Shown: positions 1 to 9,724 of the stretch, in pieces
Numbering within the stretch: position 1 is the stretch's first letter
Layout of the letters: each line of letters begins with the position of its first letter
Assembly: GCA_934089275.1 (NCBI GenBank)
Contig: CAKOJJ010000001.1
Location: 180,296-244,295 of the forward strand
Direction: 5' to 3'
Source: an uncultured Bacilli bacterium
GTDB lineage: Bacteria; Bacillota_I; Bacilli_A; RF39; UBA660
DNA length: 64,000 nucleotides
Notes under the pieces: generated by a model
What the model was told of the DNA's origin: nothing
Seen by the model: only the letters and a program-made list of their open reading frames with translations
Database searches by the model: none
Made by a program: the position numbers and the translations under genes

Positions 1-670
1 CTGTTGGATCACTTGGAACAGATACTGCTACTTTAGTTGTTGTTTTCTTAGTTGTTGTTGTAGCTGCATTTGTTGTAGTCACAGCAGTTGTTTTTTCTTG
101 TTTGTTTTCTTTTATATCTGTAATTTCCGTTACGCTTTTATCTTTCAAATCTTCTATTTTCAATTCTGGGTTTGCTTCAATTATGCTTTCTATATATGCT
201 GCTTTGCTAACTGAGATATTATATTTTTCACTTAGTTGTTTTGAAGACTCAGTAGCCTTAGTTTCAATTATTTGTATTTCTTTATTCTTTGCTTTAAAAT
301 CTTCATTTATAATGTTTGATACATCTGATGTAGAAACCTTACCTTCGACATTTAACAAAATAACTGTATCATCTTTTATAAATTCTTTTTCAATTAATCT
401 ACTATTTATAATTTCAATCGCTGCTTTTATATCTTTTCCACTTACATCTTCTACAATTTCATTTGCATCTTCATTTAAAGCAACAGCATCAACTACAATA
501 TTCTCTTTATCAAGACTTAATTTTATGCTTGGATTAATGTCTAATATTATAGTAGATGTAACATCTATTTTCCCTTCCTTTTTATTATTTTTATTTAATA
601 TCAAAAATAATGAAATGATAACTAATACTGCCAAAACAATGGAGGAAATAATAAATACTTTCTTTTTCAT
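1..670 (-). CDS. membrane-anchored protein of unknown function; N-terminal part only, gene runs off the left edge
   Basis: Not in the ORF track because there is no stop inside the window. Hand translation of the minus strand from ATG 670..668 (AGGAG upstream) stays open down to nt 2: MKKKVFIISSIVLAVLVIISLFLILNK... It has one TM helix, a soluble region, then a Thr-rich tail (TTAVTTTNAATTTTKKTTTK). The + ORF 102..704 is its antisense shadow. Confidence 0.55.
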   Translation of the reverse strand, partial: MKKKVFIISSIVLAVLVIISLFLILNKNNKKEGKIDVTSTIILDINPSIKLSLDKENIVVDAVALNEDANEIVEDVSGKDIKAAIEIINSRLIEKEFIKDDTVILLNVEGKVSTSDVSNIINEDFKAKNKEIQIIETKATESSKQLSEKYNISVSKAAYIESIIEANPELKIEDLKDKSVTEITDIKENKQEKTTAVTTTNAATTTTKKTTTKVAVSVPSDPT

Positions 671-733
671 AACTCACTCTCCTAATATAAATATATCATA
701 TTAATTCAAAATATAAAACAAAAAAGGATAACC

Positions 734-2839
734 TTAGTTACCCTTAATTGTAACATCAAACTTGTCATCTTTATAATCAACTACTAAAGTAGAACCAAAC
801 TCAAGTTCACCATTAATTAAAACTTTAGCAATTGTTGTTTCAACAGTTCGACTCAATAAACGTTTTAGTGGTCTAGCTCCATATGTAACGTCATATCCAT
901 TTTCTATCAAATAATTTCTTGCAGAATCAGTAAGTTTAATATGAATATTATTATCTTTTAATCTATCTTCCATTTCACGAATTAATTTATCTAGAATACA
1001 TTTAATGTTATCTTTAGTTAATGGGTTAAAGACAATTATTTCATCTATTCTATTGATAAATTCAGGTCTAAAGTATTTCTTAACGTCATTCATAACTTCA
1101 CTTGTATTACCATCTAAAATATGTTCACTTCCTAAGTTAGAAGTCATAATTATAATGGTATTTTTAAAGTCAACTGTACGTCCATTTGAATCTGTTACAC
1201 GACCATCATCAAGAATTTGAAGTAATAGATTTAAAACTTCTGGATGAGCTTTTTCTATTTCATCGAATAAAACGATTGAATATGGATTTCTTCTAACTGC
1301 TTCTGTTAATTGACCGCCTTCTTCATATCCTACATATCCAGGAGGAGATCCAATTAAACGAGAAACACTGTATTTTTCCATGTACTCACTCATGTCAATT
1401 CGAATCATATGTTTTTCATCATCAAATAGTTCATAAGCAAGAGTTCTTGCAATTTCAGTTTTACCAACTCCAGTTGGACCTAAGAAGATAAATGAACCAA
1501 TTGGTCTATTTGGATCCTTTATTCCACTTCTGCTTTTAATAATCGCGTCACTTACAAGTTTTATGGCTTCATCTTGACCAATAACTCTCTTCTTCATATT
1601 TTCTTCAAGATTCAAAAGTTTTTCTTTTTCGCCACTAACTAATTTACTTATTGGAATATTAGTCCATTTGCTTATTACTTCAGCAATACTTTCGCTTGTA
1701 ACTGTATCACTTAATATCTTGTTTTTTTCAAGTCCATTTAATTCAGCAAGTTCTCTTTCAAGTTCAGGAATATCACCATGACGAAGTTTAGCAGCTTTCG
1801 TTAAATCATATTCATTTTCAGCTTGTTCAAGATCAAATTTAGCCTTTTCAATCTCTTTTTTCTTTTGTTTTATCTTATCATTAATACCTTTTTCTTTATC
1901 CCAAGCACTTCTTAATTCTTTTTCTTGAGATTGTTTTACTTCAAGTTCTTTATCAATCTCTTCTACACGTTTCTTAGAAAGTTCATCCTTTTCTTTTTTA
2001 ATTGCTTCCCTTTCAATTTGTAAACGCATAATCTCGCGAGTTAAAGTATCTAGACTTGTTGGAACTGAATCCATTTGAACACGAATTGTTGCGCATGCTT
2101 CATCAACAAGATCTATTGCTTTATCAGGCAAGAATCTATCCGTAATGTATCTATTTGATAAAGTAGCTGCTGTAATAAGAGCCTTATCTTGAATAGTAAC
2201 ACCATGATGAATTTCAAATCTTTCTTTTAAACCACGAAGTATTGTTATAGTATCTTCTACACTAGGTGGAGCAACAATGATTTTTTGAAATCTTCTTTCA
2301 AGAGCACCATCTTTTTCAATGAATTTACGATACTCATTTAAAGTTGTCGCACCAATTACATGAATTTCTCCACGAGCAAGCATAGGTTTTAGGATATTCG
2401 AAGTATCCATTCCACCTTCTGCACCAGCACCAACAATCATATGTATTTCATCAATAAACATGATTATTTGACCTTCACTCTTTTTGATTTCATTTAAAAC
2501 AGCTTTTAATCTTTCCTCAAATTCACCACGATATTTAGCACCAGCAATTAAGCTTGCAAGATCAAGTTCCCAGATAGTTTTATCTTTCAAACTATTTGGA
2601 ACATCTCCTCTTACAATTCTTAAAGCAAGACCTTCAACAATAGCTGTTTTACCAACTCCTGGTTCTCCAATTAATACTGGATTGTTTTTTGTTTTACGAG
2701 AAAGTATACGCGTTATACTACGTATTTCTTCATCTCTTCCAATTACTGGATCAATTTTGCCTTTTCTGACATCTTCAATGATATTACGACCATATTTTTC
2801 TAAAACGTTTTCTTCTTTTTCTTCCATATTTGGATACAT
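734..2839 (-). CDS. clpB: ClpB-type AAA+ disaggregase lacking the N-terminal domain
   Basis: Two Walker A motifs ([18 protein letters not shown]) and a long coiled-coil M-domain between the AAA modules. The protein begins at the segment just before [14 protein letters not shown], which in full-length ClpB lies after a roughly 150-aa N-domain. Confidence 0.9.
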   Translation of the reverse strand: MYPNMEEKEENVLEKYGRNIIEDVRKGKIDPVIGRDEEIRSITRILSRKTKNNPVLIGEPGVGKTAIVEGLALRIVRGDVPNSLKDKTIWELDLASLIAGAKYRGEFEERLKAVLNEIKKSEGQIIMFIDEIHMIVGAGAEGGMDTSNILKPMLARGEIHVIGATTLNEYRKFIEKDGALERRFQKIIVAPPSVEDTITILRGLKERFEIHHGVTIQDKALITAATLSNRYITDRFLPDKAIDLVDEACATIRVQMDSVPTSLDTLTREIMRLQIEREAIKKEKDELSKKRVEEIDKELEVKQSQEKELRSAWDKEKGINDKIKQKKKEIEKAKFDLEQAENEYDLTKAAKLRHGDIPELERELAELNGLEKNKILSDTVTSESIAEVISKWTNIPISKLVSGEKEKLLNLEENMKKRVIGQDEAIKLVSDAIIKSRSGIKDPNRPIGSFIFLGPTGVGKTEIARTLAYELFDDEKHMIRIDMSEYMEKYSVSRLIGSPPGYVGYEEGGQLTEAVRRNPYSIVLFDEIEKAHPEVLNLLLQILDDGRVTDSNGRTVDFKNTIIIMTSNLGSEHILDGNTSEVMNDVKKYFRPEFINRIDEIIVFNPLTKDNIKCILDKLIREMEDRLKDNNIHIKLTDSARNYLIENGYDVTYGARPLKRLLSRTVETTIAKVLINGELEFGSTLVVDYKDDKFDVTIKGN

Positions 2840-2914
2840 ACTATCACCTCACAAGTATAATTATACTCAAAAATTAGCACTTGTCAAGCACGAGTGCTAA
2901 TTATATAAAAATAC

Positions 2915-3307
2915 TTATTTTGTATAGTTCCAAATACCTAATTTACCCTTAGCTGGAATAAATTCATCTAACACTTGAATATCACTTAAAATCCAAGCAT
3001 ATCTGCCTTCTGCATACTCTCCACAGATATATTCTTTATAATTATTCTTTTTCATATCTTCAACAAAAGATGAACTCATGTAAACACAGTCAACAAGCTT
3101 ACATTTACAAATAATATAACCATTATGCATACTTCTTTCCCCTACTAAACGAAGAAGATCAGTTCTTTCTTTAATATCCACATTACCTAAAGATGCATGA
3201 ATATAAAGTTCACCTCGATAATTAGTCTTAAAACTTCTTGTTTCAATCATTTTATCTTTATCCATTATAAGAGTTGCAAATGGTTCTTTTAAACTTAATA
3301 CTTTCAT
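2915..3307 (-). CDS. ASCH (PUA-like) domain protein
   Basis: 130 aa. The N-terminal pattern LSLKEPFATLIMDKDKMIETRS is typical of ASCH domains. Assigned by recall, not searched. Confidence 0.55.
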   Translation of the reverse strand: MKVLSLKEPFATLIMDKDKMIETRSFKTNYRGELYIHASLGNVDIKERTDLLRLVGERSMHNGYIICKCKLVDCVYMSSSFVEDMKKNNYKEYICGEYAEGRYAWILSDIQVLDEFIPAKGKLGIWNYTK

Positions 3308-3310
3308 AAT

Positions 3311-3898
3311 TTATCCCTCTTTTATACATATTTTTATAATATTTATCATTTCTTCAACTGACATATCACAGTTGTTTTTAATCCAAGTTCCTATAAGAGC
3401 AACTATACCATTTATATAAAATGACAAAATATATTCTCTCATTTTAGTTGGAACATCATATTTATCTAAAATAGGATTTAAAACATATTTTTCTAAGCTT
3501 TCATAACGTTCTACTGACTTCATAGTTTTTCTTCTTGTAAATGATGCCAAAAAAATATTTTTATTGTCCTTAATATAATTTAGATATGGAACCAAATATT
3601 TATCGTTTATTAAATACAAATTTTCTTTAGAAGACACATTAATATTAGTTATAAAATCAGAAGTATCCTCAAAATAATCAAGAAACTTTTTATTTATAAA
3701 TCCTAAAGTTTCTTCTAATAAATCATCTATTGATTCATAATGAAGATAAAACGTAGATCTATTAACACCAGCTTTTTTGCAAATTTCTTTTACTGTTATA
3801 TATTCATAATCTTTTTCATTTAATAAACAAATTAAAGCTTCATCCATTAAAAAAGCAGTGCTTGAATATTTTTCTTTTTGTTTATTCATCCGCACCAT
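3311..3898 (-). CDS. TetR/AcrR family transcriptional regulator
   Basis: N-terminal HTH segment ITVKEICKKAGVNRSTFYLHYESIDDLLEE, a TetR signature. About 195 aa. Confidence 0.8.
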   Translation of the reverse strand: MVRMNKQKEKYSSTAFLMDEALICLLNEKDYEYITVKEICKKAGVNRSTFYLHYESIDDLLEETLGFINKKFLDYFEDTSDFITNINVSSKENLYLINDKYLVPYLNYIKDNKNIFLASFTRRKTMKSVERYESLEKYVLNPILDKYDVPTKMREYILSFYINGIVALIGTWIKNNCDMSVEEMINIIKICIKEG

Positions 3899-3904
3899 CT
3901 TTTC

Positions 3905-4249
3905 TTAATCTTCTTTTGCAATTTCACTAGCTAATTTTATTATATCATAAGAATATTTATCTTTTGAATTTTTTAATATTTTTTTGTAAATTGGATAATT
4001 AATACTTACACATAAAATTCCAATTATTCCAATAACAATTCCTAGAATAACACTACTACCAATAACACTCATTGATAAGCACATTCCTGTTCCAAATATT
4101 AAAGCCGAAACTATTCCAAAAGAATATGCAAATACTTGTGCTGGTAATTTTGCCTTTCTATCAAGTTTCTTTAAAGCGATAACTTTCGATTCACTTTTCT
4201 TTGAATATTCATTAGCTATTTGTTCTGCATAAATCTTATCTGTATTCAT
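3905..4249 (-). CDS. small two-TM membrane protein
   Basis: Start moved to the internal ATG (MNTDKIYAEQ...) preceded by GAAAGGAAG. The C-terminal half is hydrophobic. It lies in the operon with the TetR gene. Confidence 0.5.
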   Translation of the reverse strand: MNTDKIYAEQIANEYSKKSESKVIALKKLDRKAKLPAQVFAYSFGIVSALIFGTGMCLSMSVIGSSVILGIVIGIIGILCVSINYPIYKKILKNSKDKYSYDIIKLASEIAKED

Positions 4250-4322
4250 AAAATTCTTCCTTTCATGTTTCAATTGTAATTGAAATATGTTAGAGAATGA
4301 ACAACACAAATAAGTATTTTGT

Positions 4323-4793
4323 CTATTTTTTAATATACAATATATATATTAAAGCTAATATAACTAAGTAATCATAAAAATATAACTTATCAAACAATAT
4401 AATTGGAAAGACAACTGCTACGATTAAAATCCCAATTTTAATAATTTTGGCAAACAAATTATTATTTTTAGTTAAATATACAAAATATGCCATTATTGGA
4501 GATAAAAACGCGAAGATTGTCCAACCTATTATAAATCTTTTTCCATATACTCCGTGTGTGATATATGCTGTTAAATAATAAGTTAATAACATGCTAAGCA
4601 AGAATACAAAAACATTTATCATCGCATACCATTTATTTTTACTATTTAAAGTAATCAAAACACCTATAAGTATATAAACTGAAATCGAAGAAAAAATATC
4701 ACCTAACACTTGTGTATATATATCAAACATTCTTATTACAAAGCCAAATATTAAACCAATTATAATCATGTTTAAAGGATTAACTTTTTTCAT
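4323..4793 (-). CDS. polytopic membrane protein of unknown function
   Basis: 156 aa, about 5 hydrophobic helices, first gene of the 4793->2915 minus-strand operon. Confidence 0.5.
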   Translation of the reverse strand: MKKVNPLNMIIIGLIFGFVIRMFDIYTQVLGDIFSSISVYILIGVLITLNSKNKWYAMINVFVFLLSMLLTYYLTAYITHGVYGKRFIIGWTIFAFLSPIMAYFVYLTKNNNLFAKIIKIGILIVAVVFPIILFDKLYFYDYLVILALIYILYIKK

Positions 4794-4929
4794 ACTATCA
4801 CCAGCATTATTTTATCATAAATTATCTTATATATTCTTGGTATTTAATTAATGATCACAAAATTTACATCGTGATTATATTTAATACATGCTATTGAAAA
4901 CATTTTAAAAAAAATGTTATATTCTATTT

Positions 4930-5012
4930 AAGTGAGAAGCAAAGTTTCTTTAGGACGCGATGCTTACCACAATTGTGTTGTGCACCTTTTTCAAAAGAAA
5001 AGGTGCTTTTTT
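4930..5012 (+). ncRNA. candidate small RNA (possible antitoxin-type antisense RNA)
   Basis: Promoter-like TTGAAA (4894..4899), 18-nt spacer, TATATT (4918..4923). About 85 nt downstream there is a 9-bp GC-containing stem (gcacctttt / aaaaggtgc) followed by T6, ending about 5012. No convincing ORF. It converges on the small peptide ORF 5018..5113. Confidence 0.25.
4983..5012 (+). terminator. rho-independent terminator
   Basis: gcacctttt-tcaaaag-aaaaggtgc followed by tttttt. Confidence 0.6.
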
Positions 5013-5017
5013 ATATC

Positions 5018-5113
5018 TTATATTCCTTTTCTACAAAGAAGATATAATAATATAAAAATTATAATGATTAAACTTGTTACTAATAGTTCGATTTTAAATG
5101 AATGTTTAAACAT
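5018..5113 (-). CDS. candidate 31-aa hydrophobic peptide (type I toxin-like)
   Basis: Hand translation gives MFKHSFKIELLVTSLIIIIFILLYLLCRKGI*. An AAGGAAG Shine-Dalgarno lies 8-9 nt upstream. The SD (5118..5130) can pair over 13 bp (one G-U) with 5167..5179 of the same transcript. Too short for the ORF track. Confidence 0.3.
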   Translation of the reverse strand: MFKHSFKIELLVTSLIIIIFILLYLLCRKGI

Positions 5114-5387
5114 TATATATCACTTCCTTACTACAGCTTGTTTGCTGAAAATTCACGTCCTACATGTAAGAAAGTGATAAGCATCGCATTCGTATTCTCG
5201 AGTATTTATTTAAGCACAGTTTTTTTATATCTCAAAACTACAAAATTTTAAATTTGGAGACTCAGATTTTTAATATTTGTATTGATTTATATGTAAATTG
5301 TTAAAATCTGTCAAAAAAAAGCTACCAATTTTTAAGTTTTGTAGTTTTTACACTTTTTTACAAAAAAATTTGCAAATTATTGCAAAT

Positions 5388-7364
5388 TTATTTATTCAAA
5401 TTATTAATATAGTCAACTATAATATCTGCAGTTTTTTCTACCCCATATTTATCTACATTCAGCATAATGTCATAATTGCTGAAGTTTTTCCAATCCGTTC
5501 CCGTATAAAATTTGTAATGTTTTTCACGTTCTTTATCAATTTTTTCAATTTCTTTTAAAGCCGTTTTTTCTTTTAAACCATAATAAAGAATTGCACGTTT
5601 TTCTTTAGAAGCAGGATCACTATAAAGAAATACTTTCACTAAATCTTTATTCTTTCTTAAAATGTAATCTGCACATCTTCCAACAATTACACATGAATCT
5701 TTAGAAACACTTTTAATTATTTTTTCTTCGGCTATATAAAGTAAATCCTCATTGTTATTTATATAACTTGATCCTTTTTTAGTTTGATCAATTGATTCAA
5801 TATAATCGGCATTCAAACCAGATTTTTTAGAAGCTAAATTTATTATTTCTTTATCATAAAAAGGAATTCCTAATTTCTCTGATACAAGTTTTCCAACAAA
5901 TCTTCCTCCAGAACCATATTCACGAGATATAGTTATTACAACATGTTTTCCGTCATAGTTATTTAAACTATTTGATTCCAAATTTACTTCTTTACTCTCT
6001 TTTATACCAAGTTTCTTATATTCACTTAACAATATAAATAAAGTTATTACAAAACAAATAGCATCAGCTATACATCCCGCATACATGACTCCATATAAAC
6101 CTTTATTGAATACAAAAGCTAAAATAAGCGATATTGGAATAAGCAATATTATTTGTCTAATAAATGATACTGCTGTTGATTTAAACACATTTCCGACAGA
6201 TTGAATAACAATACTAGTTGTCATCTCTAATGCATTTAAACATATTACAAGCAAGAAACTATGACACATTAGTTCAGCAAATTCCATAAATAGCTCATAT
6301 GAGGAATCAGATGAACTTATAAATATTGATGCAAGTTCTCTAGGGAATAATATAAATACTATATTGAAAATAATTCCTACAATAAAATTAACAATCAATA
6401 CTTTTCTAATAGTTTCCTTTACACGTTCTTCGTTTCCCGCTCCATAATTAAATCCAATTATTGGTTGAGCACCTATCGATATACCTAAAACCGTAGAAAT
6501 GTATAAACTATTTATTTTAGATATTACTCCATAAACTGATAAAGGGATATCTGAACCAAACTTAGTAGAAGCACCAAGTTTTGTCATCATATTATTCATA
6601 AACACAAAAAGCACTAAAATCGTCATTTGAGTTATAAATGAAGATAATCCTAAAGACAATACTCTTAAAACATCTTTATCAATCTTAAAACATTCTTTAT
6701 TTAATGTCACTGATTTTACTTTAAATAAATATACAAACGCGATTATAAACGATATAACTTGACCTATCACAGTTGCAATTGCTCCACCTGTAACTCCAAG
6801 ATGGAAAACAAATATAAAGATTGGATCCAAAATTATATTGATGATAGCTCCAACAACCAACATAACCATTGAATACGCAGGTGATCCATCAGCCCTTATA
6901 ATACTTGACATACTAGAATACATTATCATAAATGGTGCACCAATTATAATAACTCTTCCATAATCAACTGCATACTTATAAACACTTTCTGTACATCCAA
7001 AGCAATATACAAGTTTAGGAAGCATTATATATGCAATAACGCTTACAACAACAGAAACAACAAGAGTTAAAGTTATTGACGAACCAATACTCTTTGCCGC
7101 ACTCTTTTTATCTCCTTCTCCTAATTTTAATGATAAGTTTGCTGCTGCTCCATTTCCGATAAGTCCAGCTATAGCATTGAACATAATAACAAGTGGAAAT
7201 ATAACATTAGTTGCTGCATTTCCAAGTGTTCCAACACCCTTCCCAATAAATATTTGATCTACAATATTATAAACAGAATTAATAAGCATACTGATAACAC
7301 AAGGTATTGAAAAAGTTAACAATAGTTTACTAATCCTTTCTTTACCCAAATTTAATTCTTTCAT
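5388..7364 (-). CDS. MATE-family efflux transporter fused to a C-terminal cytidylate-kinase-like (P-loop) domain
   Basis: The N-terminal ~450 aa form a 12-TM MATE-like protein (ISKLLLTFSIPCVISMLINSVYNIVDQIFIG). The C-terminal ~190 aa start VVITISREYGSGGRFVGKLVSEKLGIPFYDKEII, typical of the cytidylate kinase-like family. Confidence 0.8.
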   Translation of the reverse strand: MKELNLGKERISKLLLTFSIPCVISMLINSVYNIVDQIFIGKGVGTLGNAATNVIFPLVIMFNAIAGLIGNGAAANLSLKLGEGDKKSAAKSIGSSITLTLVVSVVVSVIAYIMLPKLVYCFGCTESVYKYAVDYGRVIIIGAPFMIMYSSMSSIIRADGSPAYSMVMLVVGAIINIILDPIFIFVFHLGVTGGAIATVIGQVISFIIAFVYLFKVKSVTLNKECFKIDKDVLRVLSLGLSSFITQMTILVLFVFMNNMMTKLGASTKFGSDIPLSVYGVISKINSLYISTVLGISIGAQPIIGFNYGAGNEERVKETIRKVLIVNFIVGIIFNIVFILFPRELASIFISSSDSSYELFMEFAELMCHSFLLVICLNALEMTTSIVIQSVGNVFKSTAVSFIRQIILLIPISLILAFVFNKGLYGVMYAGCIADAICFVITLFILLSEYKKLGIKESKEVNLESNSLNNYDGKHVVITISREYGSGGRFVGKLVSEKLGIPFYDKEIINLASKKSGLNADYIESIDQTKKGSSYINNNEDLLYIAEEKIIKSVSKDSCVIVGRCADYILRKNKDLVKVFLYSDPASKEKRAILYYGLKEKTALKEIEKIDKEREKHYKFYTGTDWKNFSNYDIMLNVDKYGVEKTADIIVDYINNLNK

Positions 7365-7405
7365 ATTTTACCTACTTTCTTTTTTCGAGCCTTGCTCATT
7401 ATAGC

Positions 7406-7446
7406 ACAAAAAAAATTCTTGTGTAAGTTTTTTTCAAGAATTTTTT
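7406..7446 (-). terminator. rho-independent terminator after dgkA
   Basis: aaaattcttg (7412..7421) pairs with caagaatttt (7435..7444), with a T-run on the minus strand. Confidence 0.55.
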
Positions 7447-7447
7447 A

Positions 7448-7816
7448 CTAAAATATTTTAGGTATAAAAATTATAAATCCAATGATAGAAGAAATAATCG
7501 CATTAACTAAAACAGCTCCAGTAGCTATATCTTTAGCTAGTTTAGCATATTGATTTATTTCCTTTGTTACTAAATCAACAGTGTTTTCAATTGCTGTATT
7601 TATCATTTCACTTCCAATAACTAAAGCAAAACATATAAGACAACTAATCCATTCAAAAGCACTTATCTTGTATATAAAACCAAAACTAATAACAAGCAAC
7701 ATTATTGAAAAATGCACTTTCATATTTCTTTCTTTTAAAAGAACTTCATTTATTCCCAAAAAAGCGCATTTAAAACTATTAAAAATATTTTTATTTTTCA
7801 TTTTCTTTTCCATCAA
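7448..7816 (-). CDS. dgkA: diacylglycerol/undecaprenol kinase (DgkA family)
   Basis: About 120 aa with 3 TM helices and the motif GSEMINTAIENTVDL, characteristic of prokaryotic DAGK. Confidence 0.8.
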   Translation of the reverse strand: MMEKKMKNKNIFNSFKCAFLGINEVLLKERNMKVHFSIMLLVISFGFIYKISAFEWISCLICFALVIGSEMINTAIENTVDLVTKEINQYAKLAKDIATGAVLVNAIISSIIGFIIFIPKIF

Positions 7817-8459
7817 CTTGATTTATAATCCATTTAATATCTTCAATTGACTTATCCATATTAAATCTACCATTTCCAACAGGATAATAAACTGAATAGC
7901 AATCAAAATTTTTATTATTAATAGTTTTTACAAATTTTTCTTTTCTACAAAGAGAAACAGATATTTTTCTATTTAAGACGATTGAACTTACTTGATTTCC
8001 AAAAAGAATGATTACTTTAGGATTAACAAGTTCTATTTCTTTTTCCAATAAATGTAGATATTCTTTAAAAACTTTGTCAGGAAGAGCTCTTGCATCAGTT
8101 TGAGTACATTTTCCTAAATTTGTAATAAAATATTTATGTTTTTTTACATTTTCATATACTTCTAAAGCAAAATCGTATGTCCATTCATTTCCTTTAATTG
8201 ATCGAATTTTTTCATAAATATCATCATCTAACAAATCCACATTATGAAAAAGTGTCCATATATTTTTTGTACCTATCCAAGGAGATTTTAATCCTTTCCA
8301 TTCCTTACTTGAAGCTATGTTTCTTCGAGTTGGATTCATAAAAACAAAACATACATCTGGATTATCAGTACACCCACCAAAATTAATAGAATCAAGTTCT
8401 TTATCTCCATACTTATTTTGTAATCTATCATATTCCTGTTTCAATCGTTCTAAGTTCAT
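7791..8459 (-). CDS. uracil-DNA glycosylase superfamily protein
   Basis: 222 aa. The CFVFMNPT and GNQV segments resemble UDG-like family proteins of Firmicutes. Assigned by recall only. Confidence 0.45.
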   Translation of the reverse strand: MNLERLKQEYDRLQNKYGDKELDSINFGGCTDNPDVCFVFMNPTRRNIASSKEWKGLKSPWIGTKNIWTLFHNVDLLDDDIYEKIRSIKGNEWTYDFALEVYENVKKHKYFITNLGKCTQTDARALPDKVFKEYLHLLEKEIELVNPKVIILFGNQVSSIVLNRKISVSLCRKEKFVKTINNKNFDCYSVYYPVGNGRFNMDKSIEDIKWIINQVDGKENEK

Positions 8460-9627
8460 ATTCTTTCTCCTTGCTTTTCTTAAATTTTTTCATATAAATA
8501 TTTGCTGTTATTAGTTGATAAATGGATGAAACTATCTGACCTAAACTTGTACAAAATGGTGTTGGTAAAAACGATGATGCAACTCTTATTCCGCTTGCAA
8601 CAAATTTGTTAAAAGTCATTTTAATACTTGAATATTCTAATGTTAAAAAACATTTTTTTAAACTATATATTGGATAAATTGCTAAATCAAATAGTTCAAC
8701 AGAAAGATAAATAGCAACTAAATCTAAGTTCAACTCATATTTATTATACATTATTACAAACATCAAAAAAATTGTCGAATATAAAATGAATAATAAGCAA
8801 TAAGCATTTTTTAAAGACTTTTTATCATCATACTTATTTTTAGCAAGATCTATTTTAGCAGCTTCTTTTATAGCAGCAAACGAATCCCATTGACAATCAG
8901 TTATAAGAGCAACAAAATTTAAAGCAGCTAAATACTCTACTCCATAAGTTGAAGCATTAGAAAGTCCAAAAAAATATATAAAGAAAAATAATACACTATC
9001 TAAAGCATCCACAGAATCATATTTTATACTTTTAAATACCCTAAAATCCATTTTAAACTCATTAAATTCTAATATAAACATAATAATTAAATACACAAAT
9101 ATTATCAATAAAACTCCACTAATTATCATCGCTTGATTTTTTGTAATGAGTGAAAAAATTACAAGAGAAATTGTACTAATTGTATTGAATAAAATAGTAT
9201 GTATATTAGCCGTAGTATTTTTTTCTTCATAATAAAGTTTTTCTATCATTATTGCAAAAATACCATGAAGACCCAATTGAGCAATAGAAAACAAACAAAA
9301 ATTATGATAAACTTGAACATCCATGTGCATAAACGATATGAAACTATCCACATTAATGGCGAATAATCCAAAAATCAAAAATGTAAAAAATATTCCTAAA
9401 ACTAAACCCGACATAACAAAATTTTTATTATTTTCTTTCTCTGCTTGAATATTAGGAGCTACTCCAAAAATAGACTTAATCAAAGAATAAACAAATTGCA
9501 GAGGATATGTAAGAGAAAAAACATTAATCAAATCTTTATCAACAAGAAGACCTAATAAAAACCATTGAATTATCGGCATCAAAGAAAAAAACAAAGAATC
9601 AAAACTGATTTTTAAAAGTCTTTTCAT
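8428..9627 (-). CDS. polytopic membrane protein (possibly MOP/Wzx-type flippase-like)
   Basis: About 400 aa with more than 10 hydrophobic helices. Start moved to the ATG (MKRLLKISF...) preceded by AGGAG. The function is a guess. Confidence 0.45.
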   Translation of the reverse strand: MKRLLKISFDSLFFSLMPIIQWFLLGLLVDKDLINVFSLTYPLQFVYSLIKSIFGVAPNIQAEKENNKNFVMSGLVLGIFFTFLIFGLFAINVDSFISFMHMDVQVYHNFCLFSIAQLGLHGIFAIMIEKLYYEEKNTTANIHTILFNTISTISLVIFSLITKNQAMIISGVLLIIFVYLIIMFILEFNEFKMDFRVFKSIKYDSVDALDSVLFFFIYFFGLSNASTYGVEYLAALNFVALITDCQWDSFAAIKEAAKIDLAKNKYDDKKSLKNAYCLLFILYSTIFLMFVIMYNKYELNLDLVAIYLSVELFDLAIYPIYSLKKCFLTLEYSSIKMTFNKFVASGIRVASSFLPTPFCTSLGQIVSSIYQLITANIYMKKFKKSKEKEYELRTIETGI

Positions 9628-9724
9628 AACCTCTACTCCTAACCTCATAACCATTATAAGAAGATTATATCATAAAGGATACCAAATTACATAGTTTAAT
9701 TATATAATATAGTTAGAGGTATTT

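Noticed and set aside
102-704. 200-aa + strand ORF at the left edge
   Set aside because: It has a Ser/Phe/Ile-rich, low-complexity composition and no SD. It is the antisense shadow of a well-formed minus-strand gene (ATG at 670 with AGGAG, TM helix, open to the window edge).
4932-5177. 81-aa + strand ORF in the MATE/TetR-operon intergenic region
   Set aside because: It reads straight through a strong rho-independent terminator at about 4983..5012, has no SD and has odd composition. The region is better explained by a small RNA plus a short minus-strand peptide ORF, though that interpretation is itself only tentative.
4958-5187. gcgatgcttaCcac / gtgAtaagcatcgc inverted repeat as an invertible promoter switch, or as sRNA-mRNA pairing
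   Set aside because: There is no recombinase nearby. Because the repeat is inverted in the DNA, the two convergent transcripts carry the same sense sequence, so it cannot mediate antisense pairing between them. It is left unexplained.
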